The translations under genes and the position numbers were made by a program. Source: Channa argus (taxonomy: Eukaryota). From it: 64,000 nt of DNA. The DNA lies in NCBI RefSeq assembly GCF_033026475.1, contig NC_090210.1, positions 20,255,376-20,319,375 of the forward strand, given 5' to 3'. Below, one piece after another: positions 38,552-50,893 of this stretch (its first letter is position 1; the number at the start of each line of letters is the position of its first letter). A model generated the notes under the pieces. That model saw nothing but the letters and a program-made list of their open reading frames with translations, was not told the DNA's origin and ran no database searches.

Positions 38552-39655
38552 GAGGAAAATGGCCAACACACCGAGTCCACATGTTTTCTATGGTACTTCA
38601 TATTTTCTTCGCCTAATATTGTATTGGTCCCCCTCGTTCAGCCAAAACAGCTCTGACCCGTTGAGGCATGGACTCCACAAAACCTCTGAATGTGTCCTCT
38701 GGTATCTGACACCAAGATGTAAGCAGCATATCCCTAAAGTCCTGTAAGTTTTGAGGTGGAGCCTCCGAGGATTGGGCTTGTTTTTCCAGAAAATCCCACA
38801 GATGCTCGATGGGGTTGAGATCGGGAGACTTTGGAGGCCAAGGCAGCACCTGAAACTCTTGGTCATGTTCCTCAAACCATTCTTGAACAACTTTTGCACT
38901 GTGGCACGGAGCATTATCCTGCTGAAAGAGGCCACTGCTGTCAGAGAATACTGCCGTCATGAAGGGGTGCACATGGTCCGCAACGATGTTCAGGTAGGTG
39001 GTACCTGTCAAATTAACATCCACATGAATGCAAGCACCCAGTGTTTCCCAGCAGAATATTGCCCACAGCGTCACACTGCCTCTGCTGCCTTGACTTCTTT
39101 CCATAGTACATTCTTGTGCCATTTCTTCCCCAGGTAGGCGAAGCACATGCACCCGGCCGTCTACGTGATGCAACAGAAATCGGGATTCGCCAGACCAGGC
39201 CACCTTCTTCCACTGCTCCATGGTCCAGTTTTGACGCTCATGCGCCCAGTGTAAACGTTCTTGGCAGTGGACGGGGGTCAGGATGCCACGAAGTAGCGCG
39301 TTTTCAGATTGCTGTTCATCAAATGAAGCATTTAAATTGTCAGCAATTTGCTTTGTAGTTGCTTTTCCATGCGATCGCCCACTTCTGGCGACCCTTTGCT
39401 CGGCACGTGCAGGAATGACTTCCAGGCGCCCATGACCCTGCTGCCGGTTCAGTGGTTGTCCATCCTTGGACCACTTTTTGTAGATACTGACCACTGCAGA
39501 CTGAGAACACCCCACAAGTTCTGCTGTTTGTGAGATGCTCTGACCCAGTTGTCTTGCCATCACAATCTGGCCTTTGTCAAAGTCACTAAGGTCCTCACTG
39601 TCCTCCATTTTTCCTGCTTCCAAAGCATTAACGTTTAAGAACCCACTGTTCACTT
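38552..39655 (-). mobile_element. Tc1-like DNA transposon copy B (paralogous to copy A)
   Basis: See copy A. It lies at the start of the duplicated block 38552-43400. Confidence 0.8.
38613..39653 (-). CDS. Tc1/mariner-family transposase, intact 346-codon ORF (copy B)
   Basis: ORF 38613..39653 on the - strand. Differs from copy A by a handful of residues and carries the same DDE motifs. Confidence 0.85.
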   Translation of the reverse strand: MNSGFLNVNALEAGKMEDSEDLSDFDKGQIVMARQLGQSISQTAELVGCSQSAVVSIYKKWSKDGQPLNRQQGHGRLEVIPARAEQRVARSGRSHGKATTKQIADNLNASFDEQQSENALLRGILTPVHCQERLHWAHERQNWTMEQWKKVAWSGESRFLLHHVDGRVHVLRLPGEEMAQECTMERSQGSRGSVTLWAIFCWETLGACIHVDVNLTGTTYLNIVADHVHPFMTAVFSDSSGLFQQDNAPCHSAKVVQEWFEEHDQEFQVLPWPPKSPDLNPIEHLWDFLEKQAQSSEAPPQNLQDFRDMLLTSWCQIPEDTFRGFVESMPQRVRAVLAERGGPIQY

Positions 39656-39879
39656 GCTGCCCATTAGTTTAAATGACTTTCAGCTTTGTCCTTTGGGGAT
39701 TAACCAGGAGTGGACTACTTCTTACAATGTTTTTTCCCCCCATTATCTGGAGAAATAAAAAGTCAATTCGTAAACTATTAGTCACAAAACTTTGTAATGT
39801 ACTAATTAAATAATACTAAAAACTATAAAACAGTTTCAATTTAAAAACATCCATGAAAAGGTATGAATTGACTACAAAG

Positions 39880-42090
39880 ACTGATACTGACCTCAACTTA
39901 TAAAAACATATCCGGACCAGACTGTATAGACCTAAAAGAAAAAATGGCAGTTTAGTCTAAACTTGCCATTCAATCAACATCCTCACTACAATCTGTGTTG
40001 TCAAACCCATCAGTGCGGTGAAAGAACTATCATGAGGTTCAGATGAAACACGGACTCACATGCAACTCATCATTTAAGGTTTGACTATGTAAAAGTGATA
40101 TTAACAGAAATGTGTCTTTTCAAAAGGTTTTCAATTAAAAGTGCGGTGAGAAATAGAGATATTTGAGGTCAAACTGTTTCACATTCACGTCAGTGCTCCA
40201 AAACCAGGGTGTGAGGTCAAGACTACATTCTTTTTCCTCTAACAGTGTTTGGTAAAAACATTATTTATGTGTTTATCACTGAATGAAGTTTGTTTCTATG
40301 CCGTTTTCTTCCACAGCAGGATCATAATGAAACAAAGTTTGGGATGCCATGGTATATGACACCAATTAATCTGTTCAATGTTTTATTATTAGTTGAATAT
40401 ACTGCAGATGTTAAGGTAATAATGGTTAATTGATGAACTATGTCAGAAGGGTGTTGGTTCAACTTAGTGTTTACTTCACAGCCTGCAGTTGATGCTGTGT
40501 GACTTGTGTTTTATCCACCTTGTACAAAATGACAAACTAGTCACAAACATCGGAAATGTACTAATTTTATAGCAGTGCAAACTACAGCCTCTAAACCTGC
40601 AACTTAAAAGAATCCATAAAAAGGTTATGACAGGCATGTGCCACACAATAAAATACTTCATGCATGAGTAAATTGACCACAAAGTTGATACTGACCTCAC
40701 CTGACAAATCCACATGCAGACCAGACTGTAGAGACCTAAAAGAAAAAATGGCAGCTTAGTCTCAACTTGCCATTCAATCAACATCCTCACTAGAATCAGT
40801 GTTGTCAAACCCATCAGTGCAGTGAAAGAACTATCATGAGGTTCAGATGAAACACGGACTCACATGCAACTCATCATTTAAGTTTTGACTATGTAAAAGT
40901 GATCTTAACAGAAATGTGTCTTTTCAAAAGGTTTTCATCCACACATAAGCTGAGAGCTAGAGATAATTGAGGCCAAACTGTTTCACATTCACGTCAGTGC
41001 TCCAATACCAGTGTGTGAGGTCAGACTGATTTTTTTTCTCTAACAATGTTTGGTAAAAATTTTATTTATATGTTTATCACTGAATGAAGTTTGTTTCTAT
41101 GCCGTTTTCTTCCACAGCAGGATCACTCTGAAACAAAGTTTGGGATGCCATGGTATATGACACCAATTATTTTGTTCATTGTTTTATTATTAGTTGAATA
41201 TATTGCAGATGAAGGTAATAAAGGTGCATTAATAAACTATGTGTTGATTCAACTTACTGTTAAGTTCACAGCCTGCAGTTGATGCTGTGTGACTTGTGTT
41301 TTATCCACCTTGTAAAAAAAATGACAAACTAGTCACAAACATCTGAAATGTACTAATTTTATAGCAGAGCAAACTACAGCCTCTAAACCTGTAATTTAAA
41401 AGAATCCATAAAAAAAGAGTGATACTGACCTCAGCTGACAAATCCACATCCAGACCAGACTTTAGAGACTTAAAAGGAAATAAGACAGAGGTTAGTCTCA
41501 CTTAACCATACATTCAACATCCTCACTACAATCTGTGTTGTCAAACCCATCAGTGCAGTGAAAAAATTATCATGAGGTTCAGGTGAAACACAGACTTAAA
41601 TGCAACTCATCACTAAGGTTTGACTGAATTTAGTTTTCCTTGCAAAAATGTAGCAAAGAGCAGAATCGGGAATCTTCCCATTTGAAATGTGGACTAAGTA
41701 AAGGCAGAAAAATAAACATACTCAAGTAGGACACCTCAAAACGGTTTTAGGTACAATAAAGTATCATAAAATACCTTATAGAGTGCATTAAATACATATT
41801 GTTACCCACTGAAAATAAACACAAAATTCAACACACCTTAATTTTCATTTTCATACACTGGAGCACTGAGCTAACAATAATCAAACTGAACTCACCTTAT
41901 AAAAACATATCCGGACCGGACTGTAGAGACCTAAAAGAAAAAAATGGCAGCTTAGTCTCAATTTGCCAATCAATCCACATCCTCGCTAAAATGTTTGTTG
42001 TCAAACCCATCAGTGCAGTGAAGAAAATACTATCATGAGGTTCAGATGAAACACGGACTCACATGCAACTCATCATTAAGGTTTGACTCT
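39880..42090. repeat. Tandem array (about 0.75-0.8 kb unit, about 2.7 copies) of a non-coding repeat, unit boundaries approximate
   Basis: Blocks 40086-40890 and 40890-41640 are collinear (ttttcttccacagcaggatca...; gttcaacttagtgtttacttcacagcctgcagttgatgctgtgtgacttg...; gactgatactgacctca...aaggtttgact). The R subunit gactgatact...ggtttgact recurs at 36150-36360, 39880-40085, 40670-40890, 41440-41640 and 41880-42090. Confidence 0.7.
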
Positions 42091-42925
42091 ATTTTTCTTA
42101 ATAACTTATTCTCAAAGTAGGCCATCATTCATAGTGAGTATTTCTCAAGTAAATTTTGACATTGTAATTGAGCACAGCTTAAATGGTTTGGTTTATAGTA
42201 GTTTGATTTGTTTTTTATTATACTAGTATTTCAACATTAAAACCTAAAACCTCTTAAGAGGTGGCAAAAGTACACAAGCTAAAATTACTCCTCTCCATGT
42301 AGAAGCGCCACTTCAAAATCTAGATCTATAAAACGTCTTAAAAAGTACAAGTAAGATTAGTAACGATAACATGGTCAAAATCTAGGCGAGATTCAGGAAA
42401 TCTTAATCGTTCATGCTTTGTTAAATGCAGTCACTGTACTAAAAAAGAAATTCGTGTATTGTAAATTCACATTTAATTTTTTTTCTATTCAGAACTTGAC
42501 ACTTAGTTGGGGGCTACACGTGCACTGCAGTGAATTTTTGAAGTGCAGACCACAGACCCAAATGTCCATTATGTTAGGTACTAAATAAGTTTATGTCTAA
42601 TTCATGCGAATTCTTTTCATTCTCTGATCTGTTTTCCCTTTTTCCATTTGACTGATTATTTGTCGAATAACTCCTCTTCAGTACAAACCACGTGGGTGCA
42701 GCCACTGGAGCAGCGAGCTAACAACGATCCTCTGAGCGGACACAACCACAACAAGCAGCCGCACACAGACACACAAACTGCGACATCAGCAACACAGTCC
42801 GATCCAACACACAAACACATACCGAAATGAGCCCGAACATGTGCCGGTTTTTGTCTCTCTGCAGGAACCGTGCGTCCTCCATCACCACAGCAAGAAAGAG
42901 ACCGCGGGATGGGGGTGCGCGCGCC

Positions 42926-42955
42926 TTTCTTCTTCTTCTTCTTCTTCTTCTTCTT
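42926..42955. repeat. (CTT)n microsatellite
   Basis: Direct reading. Confidence 0.9.
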
Positions 42956-44206
42956 CGTTGGTTTATTTTTGATTTTTTTGTTTGTGGCGCATTACCGCCA
43001 TCTTCTGCTTCAGTTTAGATCCTGCCCATTAGTCCTTATTGGCCTAAATAACAGACATTTCTACTTAATATGCTTGAGATTCTCAGAATTGTTTTTAAAA
43101 TAAACTCCTGACACAGTGACGAAGGAAGACAGGAATATGGTGGAAACCCTGTGCCCCAACTGCCACCATCAAATCACTTATTTAAGTTTATAAGACCATG
43201 ATAGCGATTAAATAAAAAAAAAAAAAACTGTGTTAAAAGTTTTTCTATTGTAAACTAATTTCCAAGCGAGGTGTAAAAATAAGTTTTGTTTGGTGTGAGA
43301 ATTTCCTTCATCAGCATGTAAGAAATACAGACAGCTGCCGACTGGAATACTCATCCTATGAGGCCTGGAGGTAAGTGGGGTGCAACAAGTCTCCGATGAA
43401 CAATTTCCTTCACACAAGCCACATTGGACCAGTTTTATGTCAGCGTTAGAAAGAGAATAGCATTCAATTAATTGCTAGCATTAATGTAAACAAACTATAT
43501 ATATAATTTTAAAAAAAGGAATGAAACAAGTAAAACAATAGATGCTTCATCCAAAGGTTTTTATTCTTCAATATTGGCACAAACAGTGTATCTCATTATC
43601 TCGTCTAGTATTAGATAACGTGGCACAGATTCAGGTTAAGTAGGACTCTTGAAGAGGGCTGCAAACAACAGTTCTGCCTAGTCCATTCTATTTAAAGTAT
43701 TTAAAGGGCACTACACCATCATTTGTTTTTTCTACTGCACACATATAGACAGTAAAACTAATAATATTCGGTCACATTGATTCGTTTTTTGTAAGTTTGA
43801 ATCTCAAGGATAAGTTCTAATGATTTTTCTGGACCCTCCTAAATCTTGACACCGACCTGATTAAGGAGCTATTAGCTGTGTGGTAGGGACTAACAGCTCT
43901 GAGGGAACCTAATGGCACTTTTGTTAGTTAATTGATCTCTAAATGGTCATTAATGCATAATTTCTCAAAATCAGTTGTAAAAATATTGTGACAACAAAAA
44001 ACTCATGTGTACAGTAAAAAAGATATTTTGAGGTGTAGTCCTCTGAGCGACACAACTACTCATAGCAGTGTGTCAATGAATCAAAATGGTAAAATACCTC
44101 GTCAATTTTTGACAAGATGAGTTAAATAGCCTACATACCGAATCATGTACAAGTGTGGGAGTTTGCTGTGGTGGTACCAAATATCCAGAACATTAAAACC
44201 ACCTGC

Positions 44207-45244
44207 CTAATATTGCAACTGCTCCTCTTCTGCTGCCAAGACCGCTCTGACCCGTTGAGGCATGGTTTCCACAAGACCTTTAAATGTGTCCTCTGGTATC
44301 TGGTACCAGAATGTCAGCAGTTTATCATTTAAATCCTGCAAGTTCTTAGGTACAGTCTCCATGGATTGAACCAGTTTTTCCAGCACATCCCACAGATGCT
44401 CGAAGGGATTAAGATCAGGGGCATTTGGAGGCCACGGTAATGGCTTGAACTCGTTTTCATGTTCCTCAAAAAATTCCTGACCAATTTTTGCCTTTTGGCA
44501 GGGCACATTATCCTGCTGAAAGAGGCCACTGCCATCAGGGAATAGCTTTGCCATGAAGGTGTGTACTTGGTCTGCAACCGTGTTTAGGTAGGTGGTACGT
44601 GGCAAAGTAGTATCCACATGAATGCAAGGACCAATTGTTTCCCAGCAGAATATTGCCCACAGTGTCACGCTGCCTCCGCCAGCTTGACCTTCCACAGTGC
44701 AGGCCTGTGCCATCTCTTCCCCAGTTAAACGATGGACACGCACCTGATTGTCTTTATGATGTAGGCGAAATTGTGATTCCCCAGACCAGGCCACCTTTTT
44801 CCATTGCTCAGTGGTCCAATGCTGATATTCATATGCCCACTGTAGGCTGTTTTGGTGGTAAAGAGGGGTCAGCCTAGGTACCCTGATCCTTCTGCGCCTA
44901 CGCAGCCCCATACGCAGCAAGCTGCGATGCACTGTGTGTTCCGACACCTGTTGATCAAAGCCAGCATTAAACTGTTCGGCAATTTCTGCTACAGTAGCTT
45001 TTTTGTTGGACTGGACCAGATGGGCGACCCTTCGCTCAGCACGTGCATCGATAAGCCTCGGTCGTCCATGACCCTGTCGCCGATTTACTGGCTGACCTTC
45101 TTTTATCCACTTTTTATAGGTACTGACCACTGCACAGCGGGAACACCCCACCAGACCTGCTGTTTGGGAGATACTCTGACCAAGTCGCCTAGCCATCACA
45201 ATTTGGCCTTTGTCAAAGTCACTCAGATCCTTGTTCCTGCCCAT
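44207..45244 (-). CDS. Tc1/mariner-family transposase of a second, divergent subfamily; intact 345-codon ORF
   Basis: ORF 44207..45244 on the - strand ([27 protein letters not shown]...WSGESQF...FQQDNVPCQ...NPFEHLWD). About 60% amino-acid identity to copies A and B. TIRs not identified. Confidence 0.8.
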   Translation of the reverse strand: MGRNKDLSDFDKGQIVMARRLGQSISQTAGLVGCSRCAVVSTYKKWIKEGQPVNRRQGHGRPRLIDARAERRVAHLVQSNKKATVAEIAEQFNAGFDQQVSEHTVHRSLLRMGLRRRRRIRVPRLTPLYHQNSLQWAYEYQHWTTEQWKKVAWSGESQFRLHHKDNQVRVHRLTGEEMAQACTVEGQAGGGSVTLWAIFCWETIGPCIHVDTTLPRTTYLNTVADQVHTFMAKLFPDGSGLFQQDNVPCQKAKIGQEFFEEHENEFKPLPWPPNAPDLNPFEHLWDVLEKLVQSMETVPKNLQDLNDKLLTFWYQIPEDTFKGLVETMPQRVRAVLAAEEEQLQY

Positions 45245-47099
45245 TTTTCTTGCTTACGACACATTAAATTTTAAGAACTGGCTGTTTAGTTGCTGCCTAA
45301 TAGTTTAGCTATGTCCTTTGAAAATCAAACTTGAAACTGGAGTGATCCAGTGGTGAACTTACTCCACCTAGTGCTTTGTTTTTGTTACCTGTAAAAGAAA
45401 AAAACAAGTTAATGAATAAATTGTTTTAGAGGGTTGTTGGTCCAACATTATGGTTACTTTAAAATCGATGGTGCTGTTGACTTATTTTTTTCTGCCTGGT
45501 TTATAAGAGCTAGGACAATCTATTAAATAAATCAGTAATGCAGCAATTTAACAGTACTACACTCTAAAGGGGGCCTGGCGGCTGCTTAATAAGTGCTTTT
45601 ATGTTAAGTTAATTTTGATAAGCTTATATTTATACTTTTTTTTGTATGCTACCAAATATAAATCAACCCCCAAGTGCATGAAAATGACCAGTGGTCGAAG
45701 AACGATTCAGATCCATGACAACCATGTAAACATACTCACTTGCATTTCTGCATTGAAAAGCTAGATTATTATTAATGTAAAGGATAATCAGAAAACTAAC
45801 GTATTATTTCAGAATAATACACCCCCTGAGTATAGATAGATTGTTTAGAAATTCACACAATGATTGCCAATCTTTTCCGCTGGAGGTATGGTTAGTGTTA
45901 ATACTTAATACACAGTTTAACAATCTAGTTCAGTGGCTCCAAAAGTAAAGGTCGTCATCTGCTTAAGGGCCCAAGTAGAGGGGTAGGATAATGGAAAAAA
46001 GGTCTGGTACATTAAATTGTGTTCATTTTCAAATGTTTCTGCAACAGCAGGTTAGGAACCACTGCTCTGATATTGAACAATACATCTGCAAAATACTGAG
46101 AAATACTTCAGTTGAGAAGTTCAGAATCAACTGCAATTATCAAGTAAATGTCAAGGTACATACTGTATCTTAAACGGTTCTCCACTGCAAGCAGGAGTAA
46201 GACTATTAATTCATCGACCAAGTTTGCACGCTCTACATTTTACTTTTAAAATATAGTATTTTAAACTGGTCTGTCTGTGCATCAACTTGACTGAGCTACT
46301 AATAAATTGGCTTTTTGGACAACTGAACCTGACGCTGTTGATGACCATGTACTTGCTGGTGCAGATGTGTTGCATGAGTCTCGTGAACACAGTTTCTGAT
46401 AGATTCTAAAAGCCTCGGACCTCCAGGACTTCAATTAGGGCAATGCACAGATTGCAGGCAAGCAAGTGAGTTATAAACTCAACAGAGGCGGTAAAAGCAA
46501 ATTAGTCACTCGTCTTGCCAACTTCTACAGGAAACAGGATGTATCGTGTTGCCATGGATACGGAGTCACACTGTGGACTGCAACTTGAACCTCGCTTTAT
46601 AGCCCAAGGAGGGGGGGAACTAGAGTTTCGGGAAGTATTAAAAACTGTCGCTGAACTACTGGGATACAGACGACATCTTATTATGTCGAATCTATTATTC
46701 TAAGGCAGGTTCTCACATTTATAAAGATCCCCAAGTAATAACTACGAGACCCGTACCTTGTACATAGGATATCTGGAACTTATATAGACACTATCGCATT
46801 TACAATTATGAGAAACATGACTCGTAATTGGGGGATCCGGACCGCGTATTTACTTGGTTATGTCTCTCATGTTTTCCCCTTTGGTGAATGCAATGCGCCG
46901 CAGTACCAGCTACTGTAGCATGAAGCTCACGTGATAATCTGAGCGCTAACAACCTCAAGAAAAAAACAAACCAGACGTATATCGGAAGATAAACCACGTT
47001 ATTAGCAATGCAAAACATTTACAATACCGTTAATTTGTATTTTTTCTGTCTCTTCTGTCTCTCACCCAAACACCAACCGATCTCCATCACCAACCAAAG

Positions 47100-47270
47100 A
47101 AAGGGGACTGGTTAAGGAAATATGGAGCTTCCGCTCCTGCTTCCTCTTTTTTTTTTTTCTTCCTCTTTTTTTTTTTGCTTCCTCTTTTTTTCTTCATCTC
47201 CTCCTCCTCGTCGTCCTCCTCGTCCTCCTGATTCTTCTTCTTTTACGGTTTTTGGCGGTGTAGACGGTAC
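47100..47270. repeat. CT-rich low-complexity tract
   Basis: Contains cttcctcttttttttttt, ctcctcctcgtcgtcctcctcgtcctcc. Confidence 0.7.
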
Positions 47271-48009
47271 CAGGCATATTACTGACCTCCACTGGATATG
47301 AGTATATTCATTATTTCGCATAAAATGTGGTTATTTTTTTATTTGCTTGCGTGTTCATTTTGTGTAAAATGGTTTCACAGAAAAACATTTAAATACAAAA
47401 AGAAGTTTCCTCTGAGTTGAATACTTTCGAATACTTTCCTCGTACTTTCGTATAAGTTGTTTTCTTATAATGAGGAACCTTTAAACCTTGTTTCACAGAA
47501 TATTTGACTTCCTGTTTAACAAATGTCTTCTTTTGATATGAGGTTGTAAAGCGAAATAATGTCTTCCACTTGTCCACTTTTTCCATTTTTTTTGCTATTC
47601 ATTTTCCTTACCCCTTTAGGTTTTCTATACTCCACTCTCACGAAGGGAACATTACTGCCTTTATCCACTTTGTTTGGATTTTGCTAAAGACGATTTGGTT
47701 TTATTGTGGACAGGAATCCAGCATAACTTCCCCGGCATCTTTCCAAATTCTATACAAGACAGACATAATCATAATAAGGTCAGATCAAGGTTTTTATTCC
47801 CCCTAGGCCATCAGGGCTGCTGCCGAGTCAGAGCAAATAAGGACTTTTCCGATCTAGTGTCCCACAATGAGAGAATTTCTAACAGTTCTGCAGTATAAAC
47901 AGACACTCAGTCTGTGATGCACTAATTGGTGACTCACAGATGTGCATGAGAAAATGAGTGTGAAATGTTGACTGTCTGTTTCAGTGTCAATGTGACTGAC
48001 TCTCTGTGT

Positions 48010-48115
48010 TGGCCCTGAGATAGAATGGTGACCTGTCCAGGGTGTACTACACCTCTCGCCCAGTGACAGCTGGGATAGGCTTCTGCCCCCCTCGACCCAG
48101 AACCAGATCTCGCTA
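48010..48115. mobile_element. Fragment of a conserved teleost interspersed repeat (SINE/LINE-tail-like core)
   Basis: The stretch gacctgtccagggtgtactacacctctcgcccagtgacagctgggataggcttctgcccccctcgacccagaaccag matches a very widespread fish repeat core. The family was not named. Confidence 0.45.
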
Positions 48116-48527
48116 ATGTATGTGTTTTAGAATTTGTGCAACAGTTATTGTTAGAAAATCAACTACAGAACATGAATGAACAACATGAATAAACCAGCTT
48201 CAAGGGGCTGTAAAACAGGGGCTGACTTACGCGATTCTCCACATTGAAACACATACATTTAAATGAATGTGAATAGATTAGTGCAAAGACAACTAGCTCC
48301 TTTAAAACAAAGAAACAAGTGAATAACATATGTCCAAACACACACACACACTCTCCCCAGTAAAAACTACAAAATGACGTACTTGCTGAAGTACGGGTCT
48401 CCTTCATGTCCAAAAAGCCCCAAACAAGTCACGGACATAACGCAGAGCTGTGCGGATGGAAACTTGCGGCGTAACCTTCAGCAACACTTAACCACTTAGT
48501 TGAGGGTCGGACAGTCATTTTGTGGAC

Positions 48528-48543
48528 ATGAGGGTCTTAATAG
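48528..48543 (+). CDS. sdr39u1: sdr39u1 exon 1, 16-nt coding micro-exon (ATG AGG GTC TTA ATA G = MRVLI + 1 nt)
   Basis: The reading ggacATGAGGGTCTTAATAG|gtacgt joins in phase 1 to exon 2 and gives MRVLIGGGSGFVGRELTRLL, matching human MRVLVGGGTGFIGTALTQLL. Confidence 0.65.
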
Positions 48544-49610
48544 GTACGTACGTATTGTCAAGAAACCTATTTAGAAGTTTTACTGACAGTTCACCATGAC
48601 ATAACGCGTCCAGCAGCTAATAGCTAGCTGTCAGCTAACAAAGCTTTATAAATGGAGTTAATGTAGCAGCAAATCCAGAAAATTCTAAATCACTTTAAAA
48701 AAAAAAACGTAGTTTTATTTTTATTCATTGTTTCATTACTTTAGGTTTTGCACAAGATCCCTGTTTTGTAAGCATGTATCGTACGCATGCGCACAATAGT
48801 GGCACACACATATATGCTGGCAGCTGATCGCATAACCTCGCGTACACCTCCACAATCTAATTCAGTCCAATACAGCACCTCTGCCATGAGCCTTTATAAG
48901 ATTAGGAAATGGTCCTAAAGTTTTGGCCCCCTACTAATAATGCTCTCCTAAACGACTCACTATGACCTCAATATAAACACATAATAGAATTAGTTTCGAC
49001 CTAAACACTCATTTACAAGACTGTAGTCTTGTAAACATTGAATTTATTGCATTAGACTGTACAGGTGTGTATCGGGTTAATTATAATCAGGTGCAAGCAT
49101 TTATGAGTGAAAATAAACCTTTCTGGGTTTATTGAACACTGCAAAATGTATTTTGTTCACAACACAATTTACAATGTGCTTCATTGGATAACTAAAAGGT
49201 GTTGGATGTCTGAGCCAAATATCTAGTCTTATACATTTTAGGATGTCATTTTGCATTATAGTAGTTTTTCTTTTTGTATTGTGTTATGTTTTGTGTAACA
49301 TTGTTTGGTTTTTGTCTCTGTATTGTGTGTTTGTGTCTTTGCTGTTTCTTGGTGCTCATTATGTGTCTGTGTTCATTTTGTGTCACTTTTCACCCTTTGG
49401 CTTCTCTGCAGTACATATTTGTGTGTTTTACGATTTGTTTTTCTGTTCGGCTGCTAAAGTATTAAATTGCTTTCTATGAAATATTTAAAAAATGGTTTAG
49501 GGCATAATTATATTTTCTGTAACCCACATTTATTGTAAATGGTAAGTGATGGATTCTCTGTGACTCTTTTGTTGTTCTGTCTCTACATTCTCTCCTTTTT
49601 TTTTTTTGTA

Positions 49611-49717
49611 GGAGGGGGATCTGGCTTTGTGGGCCGTGAACTAACTCGCCTGCTCATTGAAAAGGGGCACAAGGTCACATTGATATCTCGCCAGCCTGGT
49701 CCTGGAAGGATAACTTG
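49611..49717 (+). CDS. sdr39u1: sdr39u1 exon 2, Rossmann GGGSGFVG motif (..GGGSGFVGRELTRLLIEKGHKVTLISRQPGPGRITW)
   Basis: Acceptor t12 gtag|GA, donor TGG|gtatga. Matches human GGGTGFIGTALTQLLNARGHEVTLVSRKPGPGRITW. Confidence 0.85.
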
Positions 49718-49922
49718 GGTATGATATCAGTGAAACTGTGAAGTTTCACTGAAAACAGGATCATGAACTGACTCTGAATGAATCACATTTAGTATTGATT
49801 AAAATAACCGTAGCTCTTCTACAGCTGCAGTTATACTTTGCTTTCCCTTTCAGCTACATTTCAGGTTAACGGTTATGCTCAGTTATGAACTGTAGTACAT
49901 TTCTTCCTCTGTGCTCCTGCAG

Positions 49923-50005
49923 GATGAGTTGGAATCTCATGGCCTCCCGCCATGTGAAGGCGCTGTCAACTTGGCTGGAGAGAATCTCATGAACCCATTG
50001 CGATG
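49923..50005 (+). CDS. sdr39u1: sdr39u1 exon 3 (DELESHGLPPCEGAVNLAGENLMNPLR)
   Basis: Acceptor ctcctgcag|GAT, donor CGA TG|gtgagc. Matches human DELAASGLPSCDAAVNLAGENILNPLRRW. Confidence 0.85.
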
Positions 50006-50505
50006 GTGAGCAACTACTTAATAAGCTGGAGACTACAACTAAGAAATGTTCAACGATTAATCTGCAGATAATTTTCCTAGTGAATCCTAATTCTTGCCAA
50101 AAGAAATTGTGAAAAATATCCCTCAACACTAATTACATTAGTACACAGAGCGGAGGGGGTCATCACAATAGTGCTGTAAGTGACAAAGTATTTCCTCCTT
50201 CACCTCAGAAGCTGGAATCTGCCAAAATTGTTATGGAGAATTAGATATTGTTTGTGTTACACTAATGAACAAATAAACTGAACCTGAGTGACGACAACAT
50301 AAATCTGCACTGCCTCATTATCTAATGGCGATCATAGCGTGGATTTCCCACTAAATTACACTAATGGCATATGAACTCTTGGCTAAAATTCAAATGAAGA
50401 TAGTGGGCAATGACTGGGGAATTTCTGTCCAGAATAAGTAGGGACTGGTCGTCCCTGATGTGAGCTGGGTCTCTTCCTTCAAAGCCGTTTCATTTGTTGT
50501 TTCAG

Positions 50506-50627
50506 GTGGAACGAAAGCTATAAAAAGGACCTGTTCTCCAGTCGCATCGACACTACAAAAACTCTGGCTCGAGCCATTGCTGCTTCTCCTAAACCTCCTC
50601 ATTCCTGGGTGTTGGTCTCGGGTGTAG
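50506..50627 (+). CDS. sdr39u1: sdr39u1 exon 4 (WNESYKKDLFSSRIDTTKTLARAIAASPKPPHSWVLVSGV); ends at a GC-AG donor
   Basis: Acceptor ttgtttcag|G. Only GTA G|gcaagt (canonical GC donor, AG|GCAAGT) keeps the frame into exon 5 (SGV|ACYKMSLTAQY, matching human TGVAYYQPSLTAEY). Confidence 0.8.
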
Positions 50628-50740
50628 GCAAGTTTCTGTCACACAGAACCAGATTGTTAAAACGAATATAAATTTGAATGTTTGGTAAATAATATACACT
50701 GCATTGCATTGAACTGCCACTTTTTCTTTTTCATCCAAAG

Positions 50741-50893
50741 CTTGTTACAAGATGAGTCTCACAGCTCAATATACAGAGGATAGTGAATGGACACCATTTG
50801 ACCTCTTCTCCAACCTTGTGAAGGAGTGGGAGGCTTCAGCACGTCTGCCTGACAATGTGGCAAAAACCACTAAGCAAGTCATCATCAGGTCTG
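50741..50893 (+). CDS. sdr39u1: sdr39u1 exon 5 (ACYKMSLTAQYTEDSEWTPFDLFSNLVKEWEASARLPDNVAKTTKQVIIRS)
   Basis: Acceptor catccaaag|CT, donor TCT G|gtatgt. Matches human FFSNLVTKWEAAARLPGDSTRQVVVRSG. Confidence 0.85.

Noticed and set aside
49539-49717. Continuous ORF MVSDGFSVTLLLFCLYILSFFFFVGGGSGFVGRE... as the first sdr39u1 exon
   Set aside because: It requires translating a T12 polypyrimidine tract (a typical acceptor) as FFFF. The micro-exon at 48528-48543 plus the acceptor at 49610 reproduces the orthologous MRVL[IV]GGG start exactly.
50001-50510. Apparent RWW at the sdr39u1 exon 3/4 junction (NPLRWWNES versus human NPLRRWNET)
   Set aside because: Only one GT donor (50006) and one AG acceptor (50505) fit the phase. 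A single Arg-to-Trp substitution is the simplest explanation and is not notable.
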